From IMG/VR virus record IMGVR_UViG_3300010970_000087: a stretch of DNA of 57,247 bases; one strand, 5' to 3'. The stretch comes from a virus. Position 1 is the first letter of the stretch, and each line of letters starts with the position of its first letter. The notes under the pieces were generated by a model, which was given only the letters and a program-made list of their open reading frames with translations, was not told the DNA's origin and searched no databases. This document shows, in pieces, positions 35,973 to 41,471 of the stretch. The translations under genes were made by a program, and so were the position numbers.

Positions 35973-35984
35973 TTCCTTTAGGAA
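35973..35984 (-). promoter_or_regulatory. Palindromic RBS cassette TTCCTAAAGGAA 5 nt before ATG 35967
   Basis: The loop TAA is the stop codon of 35978..36115. Confidence 0.6.
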
Positions 35985-36115
35985 AGATGTTTAGCCCAAC
36001 GCTTCTCTACCACCTTGTGCACCTCTTCCAGAGGACAAGCAAGCAGATCAGCCACTTCCTGACATGACAACCTTGTATTAGATAATACAAAGTTGATACG
36101 CTCATCAAGTGTCAT
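35978..36115 (-). CDS. Small protein (45 aa), helix-turn-helix-like
   Basis: MTLDERINFVLSNTRLSCQEVADLLACPLEEVHKVVEKRWAKHLS; begins 1 nt after the upstream stop (TGAtATG). Confidence 0.4.
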   Translation of the reverse strand: MTLDERINFVLSNTRLSCQEVADLLACPLEEVHKVVEKRWAKHLS

Positions 36116-36116
36116 A

Positions 36117-36374
36117 TCATTTCCTTTCAGGAAAGAAACTCATGTTAGTTTCTTTGTTGTCACAATCCATCATCTCAAACAGGATTGATTTAGCCCTGTT
36201 CAGATACTGCCTAGCAGTCTCTGTATCACCCAGTGCCATTAGCTCTTGAGCATCTGACATAAGCCCCGCCACTATCATCCCACCACCTGAAAGGCGGTAG
36301 CTGATTGAGTCTCTGACGCTTTCCTTGAAAGCTGTGATGTCACAGCCATACATTGTGATTTCTTTGGTTGTCAT
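36117..36374 (-). CDS. Hypothetical protein (85 aa)
   Basis: Start 5 nt after an RBS cassette; its own 3' end reads through the next cassette. Confidence 0.6.
   Translation of the reverse strand: MTTKEITMYGCDITAFKESVRDSISYRLSGGGMIVAGLMSDAQELMALGDTETARQYLNRAKSILFEMMDCDNKETNMSFFPERK
36121..36133 (-). promoter_or_regulatory. Palindromic RBS cassette TTCCTGAAAGGAA 5 nt before ATG 36115
   Basis: Member of the 8-copy motif family. Confidence 0.6.
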
Positions 36375-36379
36375 GTTGT

Positions 36380-36392
36380 TTCCTTTCAGGAA
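36380..36392 (-). promoter_or_regulatory. Palindromic RBS cassette TTCCTGAAAGGAA 5 nt before ATG 36374
   Basis: The loop TGA is the stop codon of 36386..36601. Confidence 0.6.
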
Positions 36393-36601
36393 GCCATTGC
36401 TTCAGCCAGTGCATTTTCACTGTCGATAGTGACAGCATCAAACACCTGTTGCTTCGTGCCTTTGTAACCCATACTCTTCAAAATTGCATAGCAAGTTTGA
36501 CCCTTGGCGGTAAGTCTCATGCCTCGCATCTCAGCTTTAAGACCTTGTCTTAAGACACGAAGACGATAAGCATTGATTTGTTCCGGTGTAGTTAATACCA
36601 T
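36386..36601 (-). CDS. Hypothetical protein (71 aa)
   Basis: Start 5 nt after an RBS cassette. Confidence 0.6.
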   Translation of the reverse strand: MVLTTPEQINAYRLRVLRQGLKAEMRGMRLTAKGQTCYAILKSMGYKGTKQQVFDAVTIDSENALAEAMAS

Positions 36602-36606
36602 TTTGT

Positions 36607-36618
36607 TTCCTTTAGGAA
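36607..36618 (-). promoter_or_regulatory. Palindromic RBS cassette TTCCTAAAGGAA 5 nt before ATG 36601
   Basis: Member of the 8-copy motif family. Confidence 0.6.
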
Positions 36619-36923
36619 AAGAGAAGCGACCTTGCTTCTGTTAAAGCTAAGCTTTAGCCCTAACAGAAACCCACTGTCTAGCACCGACCCCAGTGCCACA
36701 ATGGAAAATGTCTCTCACACATATTATCAGCATGATATGTAAGCATGCCCTGCACATTCACCTTGTACAGGCTAGGCTAGTCCATAGCAATGATGCTTGC
36801 CTTGCTAATAGCAAGCACCCTCACCGACACTAGTATCAATTTTTAAAGAGCAAGTCGAGATAAGCTTCGCTTCACAGCGGGACAAATCCCTATAAAGAAC
36901 GCTAGATAACATTCTCCAAAGAA

Positions 36924-36938
36924 GGTAGCTATGCTACC
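36924..36938 (-). terminator. Terminator candidate GGTAGC-ata-GCTACC + TTCTTTGG
   Basis: Lies 30 nt downstream of the stop at 36968 on the minus strand. Confidence 0.4.
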
Positions 36939-36967
36939 CCTTTAGGCAAGGCTATCGTAAGCTTTGC

Positions 36968-37660
36968 TTACACAACAAAACCAGTGGTATCAAGCTTCGC
37001 TTTACCTTTGGCATACAAACCGACAATGACTTTGTCATCAAGGTGACGAACATCTGAGTTGTCTCCAGAGACAACAGGAATTCCCATAAATGTCTGAGGA
37101 ATATCTTGTTCCTTACGGAACACTACAGCAATTCTCATTTGCTTTTTCAAAGCCTTGGCAACAAAAGGCTGAAAGCCTTCGACACCGGAATAGCTGAATG
37201 TCAAATCATAGTTGGCAGGTAAATCTTTACGATTTACATCTTTGGTGTAATCGTAGAATTGAACATCGGGAAACATCTGAAAGATGTTCTTTTTGGTGTA
37301 GCTCACCTCGATGGTTTCCCATCGAATGTCACTTGTACCATTCAATCTAACTAACGGAGTTAGACCGAGCTTTTTAGCCTTAGCGACAAGCTTTTTAATA
37401 TCTTCAGCAAGCTGAAGCATGAAGCTTTCAGTGCTGTCAAAAAACCATTCGGTTTTACGAATCCTAGCCAATTGAACGGAGTTCATAGCACCTCGTCCTG
37501 CTGTATACAAACAAGCCTTGTCACACTGAGCAACCTTAGCCATTGAACAAGTGTTCCACTTGGTAGTGGTAGCCGGAGCAAGGTATAAAATACCTGTCAA
37601 AAATCCAAGGCTTTCACCTTTGGTGGTTTTGGCATCGGTGGAGACGGACAACAATTTCAT
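36968..37660 (-). CDS. GP88-family protein (conserved phage protein, function unknown)
   Basis: 230 aa. The pattern KGE-x-LG-x-LTGILYLAP...C...C...AGRG...VRLNGTSDI-x-WE...FYDYTK...NYDLTFS...VVF...GDNSDVRHLD...GLYAKGKAK is as recalled for Pfam GP88. Confidence 0.6.
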   Translation of the reverse strand: MKLLSVSTDAKTTKGESLGFLTGILYLAPATTTKWNTCSMAKVAQCDKACLYTAGRGAMNSVQLARIRKTEWFFDSTESFMLQLAEDIKKLVAKAKKLGLTPLVRLNGTSDIRWETIEVSYTKKNIFQMFPDVQFYDYTKDVNRKDLPANYDLTFSYSGVEGFQPFVAKALKKQMRIAVVFRKEQDIPQTFMGIPVVSGDNSDVRHLDDKVIVGLYAKGKAKLDTTGFVV

Positions 37661-37665
37661 GGTGT

Positions 37666-37678
37666 TTCCTTTCAGGAA
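37666..37678 (-). promoter_or_regulatory. Palindromic RBS cassette TTCCTGAAAGGAA 5 nt before ATG 37660
   Basis: Member of the 8-copy motif family. Confidence 0.6.
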
Positions 37679-37737
37679 GAGTGTGGCAACATTGCCGTTG
37701 AGCTTTCAATTGTAACGATGACGAATAACCCTGTCAA

Positions 37738-37983
37738 TCACAGGGCTTTTCTAGAACCTACAAGGGTTTTACCCTTGAACAACAAGGCTTCATCATAACA
37801 ACCCATCCATTGCAATGCCTCAGCTTTGCTGAGAGTGAAGTGGCTTTTCTTAAAACCAACACCAACAACACGATAGCCGAAGGCTTTGCACAAAGCCAAT
37901 TTAATTTGGTCTTCCCAAAGGAGAACCAAGCCAGTAGTGCTAAGCACTATAGTAGTCAAGCTGAGAATGTCGAGAGTTGTCAT
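37738..37983 (-). CDS. First gene of the minus-strand arm, 81-aa protein with N-terminal TM segment
   Basis: LSLTTIVLSTTGLVLLW; AAGGAAC SD. Confidence 0.6.
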   Translation of the reverse strand: MTTLDILSLTTIVLSTTGLVLLWEDQIKLALCKAFGYRVVGVGFKKSHFTLSKAEALQWMGCYDEALLFKGKTLVGSRKAL

Positions 37984-37993
37984 TTTGTTCCTT

Positions 37994-38080
37994 CATGTCT
38001 TTCATTTAACTTAAGAGAAAAAGTATTTCCCTTTCTCATACTGATGAAAGGGATACTTTTTCTGTTAAATGAAAGACATG
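37994..38080. repeat. 87-nt near-perfect palindrome
   Basis: Outer arms catgtctttcatttaac (37994-38010) and gttaaatgaaagacatg (38064-38080) are perfect. Inner arms agaaaaagtatttccctttc / gaaagggatactttttct differ by one extra T. Confidence 0.9.
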
Positions 38081-38103
38081 GGTTTACGCATACATATGCA
38101 GAT

Positions 38104-38173
38104 CTTTGTATTTTTAAACAAAAGAAGATGCCAACATAGTTGTCATATCTTTTGTGTATATAAAAATACAAAG
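38104..38173. repeat. AT-rich 13-bp inverted repeat pair (ctttgtattttta / taaaaatacaaag)
   Basis: 38104-38116 and 38161-38173 are exact reverse complements and flank an AT-rich segment. Confidence 0.85.
38105..38134 (-). promoter_or_regulatory. Weak sigma70-like promoter candidate (TTGGCA-N18-TACAAA) facing the early arm
   Basis: Minus-strand TTGGCA at 38134-38129 and TACAAA at 38110-38105. Confidence 0.25.
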
Positions 38174-38184
38174 TGACTAGGGAG

Positions 38185-38250
38185 TTATCCACAAGTTGTC
38201 ATTGAGCCATACCGTTATGCTGTGGATATCGTTAGGTTTGCTGTGGATAA
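38185..38250. promoter_or_regulatory. Cluster of three DnaA-box matches
   Basis: TTATCCACA at 38185-38193 (perfect), TGTGGATAT at 38221-38229 (8/9, inverted) and TGTGGATAA at 38242-38250 (perfect, inverted). The last two sit in a direct repeat GCTGTGGATA. Confidence 0.6.
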
Positions 38251-38378
38251 CTTAGCATTGGGATATGGTAATGACGGGGTATATTTGCTTAAAAATTAAG
38301 CAAGATGGGGTAGGGTTTAAAAAGGGTTGATTTATATACCACCTAGGGTATGTCTCGATGTTGCTTAAAAAATAGGCA

Positions 38379-38406
38379 ATTATTTTCAGTTTTTCAACAT
38401 TGTCAA
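38379..38406 (-). promoter_or_regulatory. Sigma70-like promoter candidate (TTGACA-N16-AATAAT) facing the early arm
   Basis: Minus-strand TTGACA at 38406-38401, with AATAAT/ATAATT about 16-17 nt downstream; immediately adjacent to the TTGAAT palindromes. Confidence 0.3.
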
Positions 38407-38412
38407 CCGATT

Positions 38413-38486
38413 TTGAATCAGTATTCAAGATCTTCTAAGTCTTTGAATTCATTGAAGAATCTTTTCTTTGAGTTGAATGCATTCAA
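38413..38486. promoter_or_regulatory. Three phased operator-like palindromes with half-site TTGAAT
   Basis: TTGAATcagtATTCAA at 38413-38428, TTGAATtcATTgAA at 38443-38456 and TTGAATGCATTCAA at 38473-38486; centres are 29 and 30 nt apart. Confidence 0.55.
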
Positions 38487-38500
38487 GATCTTTGATTCAC

Positions 38501-38524
38501 TCGCATGTCGCATCGCATGTCGCA
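38501..38524. repeat. Perfect tandem duplication of a 12-mer (tcgcatgtcgca x2)
   Basis: Read directly; followed by a GC-rich island to about 38590. Confidence 0.9.
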
Positions 38525-38940
38525 GGGCTGCACCGAGGTGAGCGTGGCTGTAGCGAGGGCGGGCGTGGGCACAGGGGGGTATGGCGCTATCTGTATATGG
38601 CCTCGTACAAAAATCAGGAAAAATAGACTTGTTAACCAAGGCTGGTTTACAGCAGCGCCCACACACCTCTAAAACAATTAGGGACAGATCAACTATGACA
38701 ATTTGCACTGTTCTGTGCACATAGATGTGTACACGCTAGTATAGAAACTGTTCAGTATGTTGAACAAATAAGAACAGTTCTCATTGAAGTTTCATGCAAC
38801 TTGATACTTAAAAGTGCTAACTAGATACTTAAACAACAACCTATAGGTATTGCCTATTGTCAGTAGGTTAAGAAGACACCCCCATATGGACCAATCGTCT
38901 AGGGAGGTACAACATATTTGAAGCTTTCTAAAAGAAAAGC

Positions 38941-38968
38941 TTGACATTGTTTTTAATGTGTGTAAAAC
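38941..38968 (+). promoter_or_regulatory. Sigma70-like promoter candidate (TTGACA-N16-TAAAAC)
   Basis: Perfect -35 at 38941-38946 and -10 TAAAAC at 38963-38968; preceded by the hairpin AAGCTTT-N8-AAAGCTT. Confidence 0.35.
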
Positions 38969-39283
38969 TACCAGTACCTGCACCATGTATGCTTTAGACA
39001 TACAGGCGATACGAAGAAAAAGTATAGGCTACCTTCCGGCTACGGGTAAAGAAATGAGCTTGCAATCGGCTGCTGAAGAGAAAAGACTCGGAGAGAATGA
39101 CATAGGGGCCACTGTGTTGTTCTTGCTCTGAATACTGGCAGTGGTAACACCTTACACTGACCAGACTAGACTTGATGTGGGTACTTGTTAAAAGCTGTTG
39201 CTAAAAGGGTGGGCTAACAACAGCCATAGATGAACACATCCCTTATGGGCTTTCTAGGTGTATGTTCTAGATATTAGGTATAG

Positions 39284-39311
39284 TTGGTTGTATTTCACTA
39301 TGTGATATAAA
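39284..39311 (+). promoter_or_regulatory. Sigma70-like promoter candidate (TTGGTT-N16-TGaTATAAA) for the late arm
   Basis: -35 at 39284-39289 and TG-extended -10 TATAAA at 39306-39311, about 105 nt upstream of ATG 39416. Confidence 0.4.
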
Positions 39312-39415
39312 CAGTCAACAACACTTATAGACATACATTGGGATAGGTTGTTATGTGTAGCAATAAATGCTACCATACCACCTTAGCTAGGCTATGTGTG
39401 TTAGCATAAAGCATT

Positions 39416-39703
39416 ATGGCAACAACCCTCTATACAAGACAACAACTAGAAGATGCTGGACTATCTAACACATATCCCTACAGCATGTTCACCCAAGCTT
39501 CATTAGCTCTACATAGGGGCTATGCTGATAAGCTTCATTTGTTCCACAGTGATGTTTATTATGTGAGAGCAGCGATGGAGAAAGATACAGGATATGTATT
39601 TCCTTTAGATGCTGTAGAGGATGCAATGAGAGCTGAGGGTTGGAAAGAACATAGACACTTACCAAAGAAGAAACAACATGGCAACAAAGAAAAGCACAGT
39701 TAA
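39416..39703 (+). CDS. Hypothetical protein (95 aa), first ORF of the plus-strand arm
   Basis: ORF with a basic C-terminus; weak RBS. Confidence 0.5.
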   Translation: MATTLYTRQQLEDAGLSNTYPYSMFTQASLALHRGYADKLHLFHSDVYYVRAAMEKDTGYVFPLDAVEDAMRAEGWKEHRHLPKKKQHGNKEKHS

Positions 39704-39857
39704 TGCTACTGGTAATTACACAAAGCCTACAATGCGTAAGGCGTTAGTTGCTAGTGTGAAGGCTGGTAGTAAGGGGGGTGATGCTGGTGAATGGTCTGCT
39801 AGGAAGGCTCAGCTTGTAGCTAAGCTATATAAAGCTAAGGGTGGTGGATATAAATGA
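39678..39857 (+). CDS. Small Lys-rich protein (59 aa, below the track cutoff)
   Basis: MATKKSTVNATGNYTKPTMRKALVASVKAGSKGGDAGEWSARKAQLVAKLYKAKGGGYK; ATGA overlap with the next gene. Confidence 0.55.
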   Translation: MATKKSTVNATGNYTKPTMRKALVASVKAGSKGGDAGEWSARKAQLVAKLYKAKGGGYK

Positions 39858-40084
39858 AAGCTTCTCAGAAGTCTTTGAAGGAATGGACAGAGCAGAAATG
39901 GACTACCAGTGATGGTAGTGCTTCTAAGGGGAAGAAGCGTTATCTTCCTGAAGCTGCATGGAAGAGTTTGTCTCCTTCTGAGAAGGCTGCTACTAACAAA
40001 GCTAAGGCTGCTGGTGATAAAGCTGGTAAGCAATTTGTTAAACAGCCAAAAGCCATTGCTAAGAAAGTGAGCAAATTTAGATGA
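39854..40084 (+). CDS. Small Lys-rich protein (76 aa)
   Basis: ATGA overlaps at both ends; ...KRYLPEAAWKSLSPSEKAATNKAK... Confidence 0.6.
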   Translation: MKASQKSLKEWTEQKWTTSDGSASKGKKRYLPEAAWKSLSPSEKAATNKAKAAGDKAGKQFVKQPKAIAKKVSKFR

Positions 40085-40350
40085 TTAAAAGAGGCACTGA
40101 AGAGTTTAGCGGGTATAACAAGCCTAAGGCAACTCCTAAGCATCCTACGAAGAGTCATGCTGTGTTAGCCAAGGATGGTGATACAGTGAAGCTTATTAGG
40201 TTTGGACAGCAAGGTGTTAGTGGTGCTGGCTCTAGTCCAGACACAGCTAAGGACAAGGCTAGGCAGAAGAGCTTTAAAGCTCGTCATGCTGAGAATATTA
40301 ACAAGGGTAAGATGTCTGCTGCATATTGGTCGGACCGGGTCAAATGGTAG
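40081..40350 (+). CDS. Small basic protein (89 aa)
   Basis: ATGA overlap upstream; ...KLIRFGQQG...FKARHAENI...AAYWSDRVKW. Confidence 0.6.
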   Translation: MIKRGTEEFSGYNKPKATPKHPTKSHAVLAKDGDTVKLIRFGQQGVSGAGSSPDTAKDKARQKSFKARHAENINKGKMSAAYWSDRVKW

Positions 40351-40820
40351 CACCTAAAGAAAAATATACAAAGCTGTGTAGCTCTTGTGGAGCAGAACAG
40401 TCTTATAGCAGACTAGATCATTATAAGTCTGCTGTAAGAGGTGATTGGAAATGTAAGTCTTGTTCTAACAGTTCTAATAATTTTAAAGGAAAGATAGGTC
40501 CAATGCCTATCACTTGGTTCGAGGTTAAAAGAAAAGGTGGTATATCTAGAGGTCTAACTTGGGATCTAGAACCACAAGATATCTTGGATATGTATGAAGA
40601 GCAAGAAGAAAAATGCGCTCTTACTGGATGGTCTGTTGGTTGGTCTGATAAAGGATTAACTGCTACTGTATCCATCGACAGAATTGATTCGAGTGAGGGA
40701 TATGTTAAAGGCAATGTACAATTGCTACATAAAGATGTGAATATGGCTAAGCAGCAATACTCTCAAGAATATTTTATTGAGATGTGTGAAGCAATAGCTA
40801 AAAATTTAAGTGGTAACTAA
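40344..40820 (+). CDS. HNH homing-type endonuclease (158 aa), paralog group A
   Basis: CSSCGA...CKSC then IDRIDSSEGYVKGNVQLLHKDVNMAK; it splits the cluster of small basic genes. Confidence 0.8.
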   Translation: MVAPKEKYTKLCSSCGAEQSYSRLDHYKSAVRGDWKCKSCSNSSNNFKGKIGPMPITWFEVKRKGGISRGLTWDLEPQDILDMYEEQEEKCALTGWSVGWSDKGLTATVSIDRIDSSEGYVKGNVQLLHKDVNMAKQQYSQEYFIEMCEAIAKNLSGN

Positions 40821-40831
40821 AAGGAGAAACT

Positions 40832-41140
40832 ATGGCTACCGATGCAGAAAAAGTTAAGATGTACCGTGAGAAGGCTAAGGACACTTCCATTCCTCAAGAG
40901 GTGCGTAACACCTATTTGGATAGGGCTAATGAGTTAGAGCGTAAAGCTTTTGAAGAAACAAAGAAGCCTCCTACTGCTCCTGCTAAGTTGGCTAAGGGTG
41001 GTATGCCTGTTAGAGGTAGCCGTACAGCCACTAACAAAACAAAGAAGATGATGGGTGGTGGCTATGCTATGCCAGCTAAAACAACCATGATGGCTAAGGG
41101 TGGTGCTGTTAAAAAAGCTCCAGCTAAGAAAGGTAAATGA
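40832..41140 (+). CDS. Lys/Ala-rich protein (102 aa) with two AKGG motifs
   Basis: AAGGAGAAA SD; AKLAKGGMPVRG and MMAKGGAVKKAPAKKGK C-terminus. Confidence 0.65.
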   Translation: MATDAEKVKMYREKAKDTSIPQEVRNTYLDRANELERKAFEETKKPPTAPAKLAKGGMPVRGSRTATNKTKKMMGGGYAMPAKTTMMAKGGAVKKAPAKKGK

Positions 41141-41313
41141 TGGCTACTAAGAAAGCGTTTAAACCTTGTGAGGAATGTTCTTCTCCTGCTAAGTGTAAAG
41201 CAGCAGGTAAGTGTATGGCTAAAGAGGGTAAGGGTAAAGCTGCCATTGCCATCATGATTGGTATGCCAAAGAAGATGAACAAAGGTGGCATGGCTAAGAA
41301 GGGCAAATGCTAA
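41140..41313 (+). CDS. Small Cys/Lys-rich protein (57 aa, below the track cutoff)
   Basis: MATKKAFKPCEECSSPAKCKAAGKCMAKEGKGKAAIAIMIGMPKKMNKGGMAKKGKC; TGATG and TAATG junctions. Confidence 0.5.
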   Translation: MATKKAFKPCEECSSPAKCKAAGKCMAKEGKGKAAIAIMIGMPKKMNKGGMAKKGKC

Positions 41314-41471
41314 TGGCTACAAAGAAACAAACAGCTAAAATTGCTAAGGTGATGGGTGAGTTTAAAGACAAGGGACTACACAGTGGTAAAGGCGGTAAGG
41401 TTGTTACTTCTCCCAAGCAAGCCATTGCCATTGCTTTGTCTGAAGCTAAAGTGAAGCCTAAGAAGAAATGA
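41313..41471 (+). CDS. Small Lys-rich protein (52 aa), DUF6496-like
   Basis: MATKKQTAKIAKVMGEFKDKGLHSGKGGKVVTSPKQAIAIALSEAKVKPKKK; the KVMxEFKxGxLHSG...KQAIAIALSEA pattern is as recalled for DUF6496. Confidence 0.55.
   Translation: MATKKQTAKIAKVMGEFKDKGLHSGKGGKVVTSPKQAIAIALSEAKVKPKKK

Noticed and set aside
31458-37678. The repeated TTCCTGAAAGGAA elements as a CRISPR array or MITE-like repeats.
   Set aside because: The units are only 11-13 nt, irregularly spaced (89 nt to 2.7 kb), and each sits exactly at an RBS. There are no spacers of uniform length and no cas genes.
38520-38590. The GC-rich island as a tRNA gene or tRNA fragment.
   Set aside because: No T-loop (GTTCGAATC-like) sequence, acceptor/anticodon stem arrangement or cloverleaf could be drawn on either strand. 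An attP-core or sRNA role remains possible.
37980-39001. Track ORFs in the control region (37980..38192 -, 38350..38541 +, 38418..38720 -, 38792..39001 -).
   Set aside because: They lack a Shine-Dalgarno sequence and coupling to neighbours. They run straight through the 87-nt palindrome, the operator-like palindromes and the tandem repeat, and their amino-acid composition is unnatural.
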